IMG/VR virus record: IMGVR_UViG_2706794677_000002
DNA: 19,859 nucleotides
Strand: one strand, 5' to 3'
Origin: a virus
Lineage: Duplodnaviria; Heunggongvirae; Uroviricota; Caudoviricetes
Positions within the stretch are counted from its first letter, which is position 1. Each line of letters opens with the position of its first letter. The notes below the pieces were generated by a model. That model worked only from the letters and a program-made list of their open reading frames with translations, was not told the DNA's origin and did no database searches. The position numbers and the translations under genes are program-made. Positions 1 through 11,738 of the stretch are shown piece by piece.

Positions 1-257
1 GGTTATCGCTCGCCACGGGAATATCTGCGGCAGCGGGCTTGTAATGGGTTAAGTGATAACAGATGTCTGGAAATATAGGGGCAAATCCAATCGTCGCCGT
101 ATTCCCGTATTAACAGAGACCGTAGCCCGACGGGGAACTCCTTCTGCGCGAGTGTGCGGGAATAATCAAAAACGATGCACACCGGGGTTACCGGGTACAC
201 ATATTTCATCATGCCAGCGAGTCCGGTTCTGGCACGGAAGAAACCGGACGTTATGAT

Positions 258-668
258 TTAGTGCGGAAATATTTGTGTAGTGTTCTGTATGTTCTCAGTA
301 AAGAGTAATGAATTATCAAAGGTATAGTAATACCTTTTGTTTTCGTGGATATTTGTAATCCATCTGAAAACCCCTGCTGTAGCAAGATTTTTCCTGTATT
401 CGTAAAATGATAACTCTCCTGATTTGAATCCTTTTAAGGTGGCTTCTATAAGGCATTTATTTTTTGAAAATCTTACATTTACAACCTTACCCTGTCCTTT
501 TATTAAAACCGTATTATCGTTTTCAAGAACAAGATGAATATTCTCTGTGGCTAAATAGTAAATGTAATGTGAGACATTGTGACGTTTTAGTTCAGAATAA
601 AACCAGTGATAGTTTAAATTATTTCGCACTTTATCGAATATTTGTTTAAAAATGGCAACCTGAGCCAT
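258..668 (-). CDS. hypothetical protein, about 136 aa, in an AT-rich moron block; function unknown
   Basis: Longest minus-strand ORF in a visibly AT-rich stretch. The ATG at 668 has a GGAAGG Shine-Dalgarno-like motif 7 nt upstream; the alternative ATG at 683 has none. Stop TAA at 258-260. Sits 57 nt downstream of, and co-oriented with, the orf64-like gene. No motif I recognise; protein is rich in Tyr/Phe/Asn/Lys. Confidence 0.55.
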   Translation of the reverse strand: MAQVAIFKQIFDKVRNNLNYHWFYSELKRHNVSHYIYYLATENIHLVLENDNTVLIKGQGKVVNVRFSKNKCLIEATLKGFKSGELSFYEYRKNLATAGVFRWITNIHENKRYYYTFDNSLLFTENIQNTTQIFPH

Positions 669-725
669 TGTAGTACCTTCCATGTGATATGAGGGGGCGT
701 AGTCTGCACGATTATCTAAATTGCT

Positions 726-959
726 TCAATCTGGTCTAACCTGTTTTCTGAGCAATTCAGTAATGTCACTCTTTTCTTTGTTTGCTTCAGGCGAAACTCT
801 TTTTTCTGAGCACAGTCTCCGGCGGCAGGCTTCAATGACCCAGGCTGAGAAATTCCCGGACCCTTTTTGAACAAGAGCGATGTTAATTTGTTCAATCATT
901 TGGTTAGGAAAGCGGATGTTGCGGGTTGTTGTTCTGCGGGTTCTGTTCTTCGTTGACAT
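726..959 (-). CDS. small right-end protein, homolog of lambda orf64 (YlcI-like), with a divergent C-terminal tail
   Basis: 77-aa minus-strand ORF. The first ~52 residues (MSTKNRTRRTTTRNIRFPNQMIEQINIAL.QKGSGNFSAWVIEACRRRL) match the small ORF next to cos at the lambda right end as I recall it; the last ~25 residues differ. ATG at 957-959, stop TGA at 726-728. Confidence 0.7.
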   Translation of the reverse strand: MSTKNRTRRTTTRNIRFPNQMIEQINIALVQKGSGNFSAWVIEACRRRLCSEKRVSPEANKEKSDITELLRKQVRPD

Positions 960-1158
960 GAGGTTGCCCTGTATTCAGTGTCGCTGATTTGTATTGTCTG
1001 AAGTTGTTTTTACGTTAAGTTGATGCAGATCAATTAATACGATACCTGCGTCATAATTGATTATTTGACGTGGTTTGATGGCGTAGATGCACGTTGTGAC
1101 ATGTAGATGATAATTATTATCATTTTGCGGGTCCTTTCCGGCGATCCGACAGGTTACG

Positions 1159-1170
1159 GGGCGGAAGGCG
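1159..1170 (+). other. cosN: cosN core corresponding to the 12-nt cohesive end; sequence GGGCGGAAGGCG where lambda has GGGCGGCGACCT
   Basis: Placed by alignment of the conserved flanks: ACAGGTTACG on the left, CGCGGGTTTTCG on the right. Confidence 0.65.
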
Positions 1171-1269
1171 CGCGGGTTTTCGCTATTTATGACAATTTTC
1201 CGGTTTAAGGCGTTTCCGTTCTTCTTCGCCGTAACCTAATGTTTTTATTTAAAACACCCCCTGAAAAGA

Positions 1270-1320
1270 AAGGAAACGACAGGTGCTGAAAACGGGCTTT
1301 TTGGCCTCTGTCGTTTCCTT
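1270..1320. repeat. inverted repeat AAGGAAACGACAG ... CTGTCGTTTCCTT, equivalent to the lambda cosB R2 and R1 gpNu1-binding sites
   Basis: Perfect 13-nt inverted repeat (1270-1282 and 1308-1320) directly visible; a third CGTTTCC copy (R3-like) lies at 1211-1217. Confidence 0.8.
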
Positions 1321-1347
1321 TCTCTGTTTTTGTCCGTGGAATGAACA

Positions 1348-1867
1348 ATGGAAGTCAACAAAAAGCAGCTGGCTGACATTTTCGGTGCGAGTATCCGTAC
1401 CATTCAGAACTGGCAGGAACAGGGAATGCCCGTTCTGCGAGGCGGTGGCAAGGGTAATGAGGTGCTTTATGACTCTGCCGCCGTTATAAGATGGTATGCC
1501 GAAAGGGATGCTGAAATTGAGAACGAAAAGCTGCGCCGGGAAGTTGAAGAACTGCGGCAGGCCAGCGAGACAGATCTCCAGCCAGGGACTATTGAGTACG
1601 AACGCCATCGACTTACGCGTGCGCAGGCCGACGCACAGGAGCTGAAAAATGCCAGAGACTCCGCTGAAGTGGTGGAAACCGCATTCTGTACTTTCGTGCT
1701 GTCGCGGATCGCAGGTGAAATTGCCAGTATTCTCGACGGGATCCCCCTGTCGGTGCAGCGGCGTTTTCCGGAACTGGAAAACCGACATGTTGATTTCCTG
1801 AAACGGGATATCATCAAAGCCATGAACAAAGCAGCCGCGCTGGATGAACTGATACCGGGGTTGCTGA

Positions 1868-1893
<26 letters not shown>
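1348..1893 (+). CDS. nu1: terminase small subunit gpNu1
   Basis: 181 aa, near-identical to lambda Nu1 as recalled (MEVNKKQLADIFGASIRTIQNWQEQGMPVLRGGGKGNEVLYDSAAV...); winged-helix DNA-binding N-terminus; first gene after cos. Confidence 0.97.
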
Positions 1894-5606
<3,713 letters not shown>

Positions 5607-5626
<20 letters not shown>

Positions 5627-6926
5627 TCTCCCGCATATTGCCAGCATGGCTTTTAATGAGCCGCTGATGCTTGAACCCGCCTATGCGCGGGTTTTCTTTT
5701 GTGCGCTTGCAGGCCAGCTTGGGATCAGCTGCCTGACGGATGCAGTATCCGGCGACAGCCTGACTGCCGGAGAGGCACCCGCGGCGCTGGCGTTATCCGG
5801 TGATGATGACGGACCACGACAGGCCCGCAGTTATCAGGTAATGAACGGCATCGCCGTGCTGCCGGTGTCCGGCACGCTGGTCAGCCGGACGCGGGCGCTG
5901 CAGCCGTACTCGGGGATGACCGGTTACAACGGCATTATCGCCCGTCTGCAACAGGCTGCCAGCGACCCGATGGTGGACGGCATTCTGCTCGATATGGACA
6001 CACCGGGCGGAATGGTGGCGGGAGCATTTGACTGCGCTGACATCATCGCCCGTGTGCGTGACATAAAGCCGGTATGGGCGCTGGCCAATGACATGAACTG
6101 CAGCGCAGGTCAGCTGCTTGCCAGTGCCGCCTCCCGGCGTCTGGTCACGCAGACCGCCCGGACAGGCTCCATCGGCGTCATGATGGCTCACAGTAATTAC
6201 GGCGCTGCACTGGAGAAACAGGGCGTGGAAATCACGCTGATTTACAGCGGCAGCCATAAGGTGGATGGCAACCCCTACAGCCATCTACCGGATGATGTCC
6301 GGGAAACATTGCAGTCCCGGATGGATGCAACCCGCCGGATGTTTGCACAGAAGGTGTCGGCATATACCGGCCTGTCCGTGCAGGCTGTGCTGGATACCGA
6401 GGCTGCAGTGTACAGCGGTCAGGAGGCCATTGATGCCGGACTGGCTGATGAACTTGTTAACAGTACCGATGCGATCACCGTCATGCGTGATGCACTGGAT
6501 GCACGTAAATCCCGTCTCTCAGGAGGGCGAATGACCAAAGAGACTCAATCAACAACTGTTTCAGCCACTGCTTCGCAGGCTGACGTTACTGGCGTGGTGC
6601 AAGCGACGGAGGGCGAGAACGCCAGCGCGGCGCAGCCGGACGTGAACGCGCAGATCACCGCAGCGGTTGCGGCAGAAAACAGTCGCATTATGGGGATCCT
6701 CAACTGTGAGGAGGCTCACGGACGCGAAGAACAGGCACGCGTGCTGGCCGAAACCCCCGGTATGACCGTGGAAACGGCCCGCCGTATTCTGGCCGCAGCA
6801 CCACAGAGTGCACAGACGCGCAGTGACACTGCGCTGGATCGTCTGATGCAGGGGGCACCGGCACCGCTGGCTGCAGGTAACCCGGCATCTGATGCCGTTA
6901 ACGATTTGCTGAACACACCAGTGTAA
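5607..6926 (+). CDS. C: capsid assembly protease gpC (minor capsid protein C)
   Basis: GTG at 5607 preceded by GAGGAGG; 439 aa beginning (V/M)TAELRNLPHIASMAFNEPLMLEP..., matching lambda C. The six-frame ORF extends upstream to 5472, but that part overlaps the B 3' end and is not the expected start. Confidence 0.93.
6321..6926 (+). CDS. nu3: scaffolding protein gpNu3, in-frame internal start within C
   Basis: ATG at 6321 in the C frame gives a 201-aa product (MDATRRMFAQKVSAYTG...), the same nested arrangement as lambda C/Nu3. Confidence 0.85.
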   Translation: MDATRRMFAQKVSAYTGLSVQAVLDTEAAVYSGQEAIDAGLADELVNSTDAITVMRDALDARKSRLSGGRMTKETQSTTVSATASQADVTGVVQATEGENASAAQPDVNAQITAAVAAENSRIMGILNCEEAHGREEQARVLAETPGMTVETARRILAAAPQSAQTRSDTALDRLMQGAPAPLAAGNPASDAVNDLLNTPV

Positions 6927-6935
6927 GGGATGTTT

Positions 6936-7268
6936 ATGACGAGCAAAGAAACCTTTACCCATTACCAGCCGCTGGGCAATAGTGACCCGGCTCATACCGC
7001 AACCGCGCCCGGCGGATTGAGTGCGAAAGCGCCTGCAATGACCCCGCTGATGCTGGACACCTCCACCCGTAAGCTGGTTGCGTGGGATGGCACCACCGAC
7101 GGTGCTGCCGTTGGCATTCTTGCGGTTGCTGCTGACCAGACCAGCACCACACTGACGTTCTACAAGTCCGGCACGTTCCGTTATGAGGATGTGCTCTGGC
7201 CGGAGGCTGCCAGCGACGAGACGAAAAAACGGACCGTGTTTGCCGGAACGGCAATCAGCATCGTTTAA
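6936..7268 (+). CDS. D: capsid decoration protein gpD
   Basis: 110 aa from the ATG at 6936 ([27 protein letters not shown]...); matches lambda D. Confidence 0.95.
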   Translation: MTSKETFTHYQPLGNSDPAHTATAPGGLSAKAPAMTPLMLDTSTRKLVAWDGTTDGAAVGILAVAADQTSTTLTFYKSGTFRYEDVLWPEAASDETKKRTVFAGTAISIV

Positions 7269-7291
7269 CTTTACCCTTCATCACTAAAGGC

Positions 7292-7312
7292 CGCCTGTGT
7301 GGCTTTTTTTAC
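7292..7312 (+). terminator. stem-loop plus T-run between D and E (GCCGC-CTGT-GTGGC followed by TTTTTTT)
   Basis: 5-bp stem including one G-T wobble and a 4-nt loop, followed by 7 T; directly visible. Probably an attenuating or stabilising structure rather than a full terminator, since E must be expressed downstream. Confidence 0.4.
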
Positions 7313-7323
7313 GGGATTTTTTT

Positions 7324-8349
7324 ATGTCGATGTACACAACCGCCCAGCTGCTGGCGGCAAATGAGCAGAAATTTAAGTTTGATCCGCTGTTTCTGCGTCT
7401 CTTTTTCCGTGAGAGCTATCCCTTCACTACGGAGAAAGTCTATCTCTCACAAATTCCGGGACTGGTAAACATGGCGCTGTACGTTTCGCCGATTGTTTCC
7501 GGTGAGGTTATCCGTTCCCGTGGCGGCTCCACCTCTGAATTTACGCCGGGATATGTCAAACCCAAGCATGAGGTGAATCCGCAGATGACCCTGCGTCGCC
7601 TGCCGGATGAAGATCCGCAGAATCTGGCGGACCCGGCTTACCGCCGCCGTCGCATCATCATGCAGAACATGCGTGACGAAGAGCTGGCCATTGCTCAGGT
7701 CGAAGAGATGCAGGCAGTTTCTGCCGTGCTCAAGGGCAAATACACCATGACCGGTGAAGCCTTCGATCCGGTTGAGGTGGATATGGGCCGCAGTGCGGCG
7801 AACAACATCACACAGTCCGGCGTCACGGAGTGGAGCAAGCGTGACAAGTCCACGTATGACCCGACCGACGATATCGAAGCCTACGCGCTGAACGCCAGCG
7901 GTGTGGTGAATATCATCGTGTTTGACCCGAAAGGCTGGGCGCTGTTCCGTTCCTTCAAAGCCGTCAAGGAGAAGCTGGATACCCGTCGCGGCTCTCATTC
8001 CGAGCTGGAGACAGCGGTAAAAGACCTGGGCAAAGCGGTGTCCTATAAGGGAATGTATGGCGATGTGGCCATCGTCGTGTATTCCGGACAGTACGTGGAA
8101 AACGGCGTCAAAAAGAACTTCCTGCCGGACAACACGATGGTGCTGGGGAACACTCAGGCTCGCGGTCTGCGCACCTATGGCTGCATTCAGGATGCGGACG
8201 CACAGCGCGAAGGCATTAACGCTTCTGCCCGTTACCCGAAAAACTGGGTGACCACCGGCGATCCGGCGCGTGAGTTCACCATGATTCAGTCAGCACCGCT
8301 GATGCTGCTGGCTGATCCTGATGAGTTCGTGTCCGTTCAACTGGCGTAA
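7324..8349 (+). CDS. E: major capsid protein gpE
   Basis: 341 aa from the ATG at 7324 (MSMYTTAQLLAANEQKFKFDPLFLRLFFRESYPF...); matches lambda E. Confidence 0.97.
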   Translation: MSMYTTAQLLAANEQKFKFDPLFLRLFFRESYPFTTEKVYLSQIPGLVNMALYVSPIVSGEVIRSRGGSTSEFTPGYVKPKHEVNPQMTLRRLPDEDPQNLADPAYRRRRIIMQNMRDEELAIAQVEEMQAVSAVLKGKYTMTGEAFDPVEVDMGRSAANNITQSGVTEWSKRDKSTYDPTDDIEAYALNASGVVNIIVFDPKGWALFRSFKAVKEKLDTRRGSHSELETAVKDLGKAVSYKGMYGDVAIVVYSGQYVENGVKKNFLPDNTMVLGNTQARGLRTYGCIQDADAQREGINASARYPKNWVTTGDPAREFTMIQSAPLMLLADPDEFVSVQLA

Positions 8350-8351
8350 TC

Positions 8352-8375
8352 ATGGCCCTTCGGGGCCATTTTCTC
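8352..8375 (+). terminator. stem-loop after E (GGCCC-TTCG-GGGCC) followed by a T-rich tract
   Basis: Perfect 5-7 bp stem with a TTCG loop at 8352-8368, then ATTTTCTCTCT; directly visible. Function is inferred. Confidence 0.3.
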
Positions 8376-8390
8376 TCTGTGGAGGAGTTC

Positions 8391-8789
8391 ATGACGAAAG
8401 ATGAACTGATTGCCCGTCTTCAGGAGCTGGGTGAGCAATTGAACCGCGATGTCAGTTTGACGGGAACGAAAGAAGAACTGGCGCTTCGTGTGGCAGAGCT
8501 GGAAGAAGAGCTTGATGACACGGATGAAACTGCCGGTCAGGACACCCCTCTCAGCCGGGAAAATGTGCTGACCGGGCATGAAAATGAGGTGGTATCAGCG
8601 CAGCCGGATACCGTGATTCAGGATACGGCTGAACTGGTCACGGTCGTGGCACTGGTGACGCTGCATACTGATGCACTTCACGCCACGCGGGATAAACCTG
8701 TGGCATTTGTGCTGCCGGGAACGGCGTTTCGTGTCTCTGCCGGTGTGGCAGCCGAAATGACAGAGCGCGGCCTGGCCAGAATGCAATAA
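8391..8789 (+). CDS. FI: DNA packaging / head assembly protein gpFI
   Basis: 132 aa from the ATG at 8391 with GGAGGAG 6 nt upstream (MTKDELIARLQELGEQLNRDVSLTGTKEELALRVAELEEELDD...). Confidence 0.95.
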   Translation: MTKDELIARLQELGEQLNRDVSLTGTKEELALRVAELEEELDDTDETAGQDTPLSRENVLTGHENEVVSAQPDTVIQDTAELVTVVALVTLHTDALHATRDKPVAFVLPGTAFRVSAGVAAEMTERGLARMQ

Positions 8790-8800
8790 CGGGAGGCGCT

Positions 8801-9154
8801 GTGGCTGATTTCGATAACCTGTTCGATGCTGCCATTGCCCGCGCCGATGAAACGATACGCGGGTACATGGGAACGTCAGCCACCATGACATCCGGTGAGC
8901 AGTCAGGTGCGGTGATACGTGGTGTTTTTGATGACCCTGAAAATATCAGCTATGCCGGACAGGGCGTGCGCGTTGAAGGCTCCAGCCCGTCCCTGTTTGT
9001 CCGGACTGATGAGGTGCGGCAGCTGCGGCGTGGAGACACGCTGACCATCGGTGAGGAAAATTTCTGGGTAGATCGGGTTTCGCCGGATGATGGCGGAAGT
9101 TGTCATCTCTGGCTTGGACGGGGCGTACCGCCTGCCGTTAACCGTCGCCGCTGA
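8801..9154 (+). CDS. FII: head-tail joining protein gpFII
   Basis: 117 aa from the GTG start at 8801 with GGGAGG upstream (MADFDNLFDAAIARADETIRGYMG...). Confidence 0.95.
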   Translation: MADFDNLFDAAIARADETIRGYMGTSATMTSGEQSGAVIRGVFDDPENISYAGQGVRVEGSSPSLFVRTDEVRQLRRGDTLTIGEENFWVDRVSPDDGGSCHLWLGRGVPPAVNRRR

Positions 9155-9165
9155 AAGGGGGATGT

Positions 9166-9744
9166 ATGGCCATAAAAGGTCTTGAGCAGGCCGTTGAAAA
9201 CCTCAGCCGTATCAGCAAAACGGCGGTGCCCGGTGCCGCCGCAATGGCCATTAACCGCGTTGCTTCATCCGCGATATCGCAGTCTGCGTCACAGGTTGCC
9301 CGTGAGACAAAGGTACGCCGGAAACTGGTAAAGGAAAGGGCCAGGCTGAAAAGGGCCACGGTCAAAAATCCGCAGGCCAGAATCAAAGTTAACCGGGGGG
9401 ATTTGCCCGTAATCAAGCTGGGTAATGCGCGGGTTGTCCTGTCCCGCCGCAGGCGTCATAAAAAGGGGCAGCGTTCATCCCTGAAAGGTGGCGGCAGCGT
9501 GCTTGTGGTGGGTAACCGTCGTATTCCCGGCGCGTTTATTCAGCAACTGAAAAACGGCCGGTGGCATGTTATGCAGCGTGTGGCCGGGAAAAACCGTTAC
9601 CCCATTGATGTGGTGAAAATCCCGATGGCGGTGCCGCTGACCACGGCGTTTAAACAGAATATTGAACGGATACGGCGTGAACGTCTTCCGAAAGAGCTGG
9701 GCTATGCGCTGCAGCATCAACTGAGAATGGTAATAAAGCGATGA
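9166..9744 (+). CDS. Z: tail completion protein gpZ
   Basis: 192 aa (MAIKGLEQAVENLSRISKTAVPGAAAMAINRVASSAISQ...). Confidence 0.95.
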   Translation: MAIKGLEQAVENLSRISKTAVPGAAAMAINRVASSAISQSASQVARETKVRRKLVKERARLKRATVKNPQARIKVNRGDLPVIKLGNARVVLSRRRRHKKGQRSSLKGGGSVLVVGNRRIPGAFIQQLKNGRWHVMQRVAGKNRYPIDVVKIPMAVPLTTAFKQNIERIRRERLPKELGYALQHQLRMVIKR

Positions 9745-10136
9745 AACATACTGAACTCCGTGCAGCCGTACTGGATGCACTGGAGAAGCATGACACCGGG
9801 GCGACGCTTTTTGATGGTCGCCCCGCTGTTTTTGATGAGGAAGATTTTCCGGCAATTGCCGTTTATCTCACCGGCGCTGAATACACGGGCGAAGAGCTGG
9901 ACAGCGATACCTGGCAGGCGGAGCTGCATATTGAAGTTTTCCTGCCTGCTCAGGTGCCGGATTCAGAGCTGGATTCGTGGATGGAGTCCCGGATTTATCC
10001 TGTGATGAGCGATATCCCGGCACTGTCAGATTTGATCACCAGTATGGTGGCCAGCGGCTATGACTACCGGCGCGACGATGATGCGGGCCTGTGGAGTTCA
10101 GCCGATCTGACTTATGTCATTATCTATGAAATGTGA
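9741..10136 (+). CDS. U: tail tube terminator protein gpU
   Basis: 131 aa ([48 protein letters not shown]...); start overlaps the Z stop. Confidence 0.95.
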   Translation: MKHTELRAAVLDALEKHDTGATLFDGRPAVFDEEDFPAIAVYLTGAEYTGEELDSDTWQAELHIEVFLPAQVPDSELDSWMESRIYPVMSDIPALSDLITSMVASGYDYRRDDDAGLWSSADLTYVIIYEM

Positions 10137-10143
10137 GGACGCT

Positions 10144-10884
10144 ATGCCTGTACCAAATCCTACAATGCCGGTGAAAGGTGCCGGGACCACCCTGTGGGTT
10201 TATAAGGGGAGCGGTGACCCTTATGCGAACCCGCTTTCAGACGTTGACTGGTCGCGTCTGGCAAAAGTTAAAGACCTGACGCCCGGCGAACTGACCGCTG
10301 AGTCCTATGACGACAGCTATCTCGATGATGAAGATGCAGACTGGACTGCGACCGGGCAGGGGCAGAAATCTGCCGGAGATACCAGCTTCACGCTGGCGTG
10401 GATGCCCGGAGAGCAGGGGCAGCAGGCGCTGCTGGCGTGGTTTAATGAAGGTGATACCCGTGCCTATAAAATCCGCTTCCCGAACGGCACGGTCGATGTG
10501 TTCCGTGGCTGGGTCAGCAGTATCGGTAAGGCGGTGACGGCGAAGGAGGTGATTACCCGCACGGTGAAGGTCACCAATGTGGGACGTCCGTCGATGGCAG
10601 AAGATCGCAGCACGGTGACGGCGACGACCGGCATGACGGTGACACCCGCCAGTGCTTCCGTAGTGAAAGGGCAGAGCACCACGCTGACCGTGGCATTCCA
10701 GCCGGATGGCGCAACCGACAAGAGCTTCCGTGCGGTGTCTGCGGATAAAACAAAAGCCACCGTGTCGGTCAGTGGTATGACCATCACCGTGAAAGGTGTT
10801 GCTGCAGGCAAGGTCAACATTCCGGTCGTATCTGGTAATGGTGAGTTTGCTGCGGTTGCAGAAATCAACGTCACCGCCAGTTAA
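10144..10884 (+). CDS. V: major tail tube protein gpV
   Basis: 246 aa from the ATG at 10144 ([36 protein letters not shown]...), with a C-terminal Ig-like segment as in lambda V. Confidence 0.96.
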   Translation: MPVPNPTMPVKGAGTTLWVYKGSGDPYANPLSDVDWSRLAKVKDLTPGELTAESYDDSYLDDEDADWTATGQGQKSAGDTSFTLAWMPGEQGQQALLAWFNEGDTRAYKIRFPNGTVDVFRGWVSSIGKAVTAKEVITRTVKVTNVGRPSMAEDRSTVTATTGMTVTPASASVVKGQSTTLTVAFQPDGATDKSFRAVSADKTKATVSVSGMTITVKGVAAGKVNIPVVSGNGEFAAVAEINVTAS

Positions 10885-10899
10885 TCCGGAGAGTCAGCG

Positions 10900-11322
10900 A
10901 TGTTCCTGAAAACCGAATCATTTGAACATAACGGTGTGACCGTCACGCTTTCTGAACTGTCAGCCCTGCAGCGTATTGAGCATCTCGACCTGATGAAACG
11001 GCAGGCAGAACAGGCGGAGTCAGACAGCAACCGGAAGTTTACTGTGGAAGACGCCATCAGAACCGGCGCTTTTGTGGTTGCGATGTCCCTGTGGCATAAC
11101 CATCCGAAGAAGACGCAGATGCCGTCCATGAATGAAGCCGTTAAACAGATTGAGCAGGAAGTGCTTACCACCTGGCCCACAGAGGCAATTTCTCATGCTG
11201 AAAACGTGGTGTACCGGCTGTCCGGTATGTATGAGTTTGTGGTGAATGATGCTCCTGAACAGGCAGAGGACGCCGGGCCTGCAGAGCCTGTTTCTGCGGG
11301 AAAGTGTTCGACGGTGAGCTGA
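10900..11322 (+). CDS. G: tail assembly chaperone gpG
   Basis: 140 aa (MFLKTESFEHNGVTVTLSELSALQRIEHLDLMKRQAEQAESD...), ending ...PVSAGKCSTVS. Confidence 0.95.
   Translation: MFLKTESFEHNGVTVTLSELSALQRIEHLDLMKRQAEQAESDSNRKFTVEDAIRTGAFVVAMSLWHNHPKKTQMPSMNEAVKQIEQEVLTTWPTEAISHAENVVYRLSGMYEFVVNDAPEQAEDAGPAEPVSAGKCSTVS
11298..11304 (+). promoter_or_regulatory. programmed -1 ribosomal frameshift slippery heptamer G GGA AAG (G to G-T)
   Basis: GGGAAAG lies in the G frame 6 codons before the G stop, and the T frame is open from this point. This is the well-known lambda G/GT arrangement. Confidence 0.85.
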
Positions 11323-11738
11323 GTTTTGCCCTGAAACTGGCGCGTGAGATGGGGCGACCCGACTGGCGCGCCATGCTTGCCGGGATGTCATCCACGGAGT
11401 ATGCCGACTGGCACCGCTTTTACAGTACCCATTATTTTCATGATGTTCTGCTGGATATGCACTTTTCCGGGCTGACGTACACCGTGCTCAGCCTGTTTTT
11501 CAGCGATCCGGAGATGCATCCGCTGGATTTCAGTCTGCTGAACCGGCGCGAGGCTGACGAAGAGCCTGAAGATGATGTGCTGATGCAGAAAGCGGCAGGG
11601 CTTGCCGGAGGTGTCCGCTTTGGCCCGGACGGGAATGAAGTTATCCCCGCTTCCCCGGATGTGGCGGACATGACGGAGGATGACGTAATGCTGATGACAG
11701 TATCAGAAGGGATCGCAGGAGGAGTCCGGTATGGCTGA
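11304..11738 (+). CDS. T: T segment of the tail assembly chaperone fusion gpG-T, expressed only through the -1 frameshift from G
   Basis: 144-codon open frame in the -1 frame relative to G (..FDGELSFALKLAREMGRPDWRAMLAGMSSTEYADWHRFY...) with no independent ribosome-binding site; matches lambda T. Confidence 0.9.
   Translation: MFDGELSFALKLAREMGRPDWRAMLAGMSSTEYADWHRFYSTHYFHDVLLDMHFSGLTYTVLSLFFSDPEMHPLDFSLLNRREADEEPEDDVLMQKAAGLAGGVRFGPDGNEVIPASPDVADMTEDDVMLMTVSEGIAGGVRYG

Larger units (their letters stand above)
1100..1340. promoter_or_regulatory. cos: cos region (cosQ side, cosN, cosB with R3, IHF site, R2 and R1) of a lambda-type phage
   Basis: Flanks are near-identical to the lambda cos region as recalled: GTCCTTTCCGG.GATCCGACAGGTTACG upstream and CGCGGGTTTTCGCTATTTATGA.AATTTTCCGGTTTAAGGCGTTTCCGTTCTTCTTCG downstream, lying immediately 5' of Nu1. 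Confidence 0.85.

Noticed and set aside
3-212. 69-aa minus-strand ORF (MMKYVYPVTPVCIVFDYSRTLAQ...) and the overlapping 67-aa + strand ORF at 53-256
   Set aside because: Neither has a recognisable ribosome-binding site, the predicted proteins are Arg/Cys-rich and low-complexity in character, and they overlap each other. I cannot support either as a gene.
960-1100. Possible sigma70 promoter for the minus-strand orf64-like/moron transcript
   Set aside because: Only weak -35/-10 matches (for example TTGATC and TTAACG with poor -10 partners); the region also overlaps the cosQ side of cos. Not enough to call.
1249-1829. Minus-strand ORFs of 179 and 120 aa overlapping cosB and Nu1
   Set aside because: Antisense to the very well supported Nu1 gene and running across the cos binding sites; typical spurious open frames.
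6930-10143. Longer alternative starts for D (6930), E (7297), FI (8352) and V (10114) in the six-frame track
   Set aside because: Each extension is only a few codons long, lacks a ribosome-binding site or uses a non-ATG codon, and the downstream ATG gives the canonical lambda length with a proper Shine-Dalgarno sequence.
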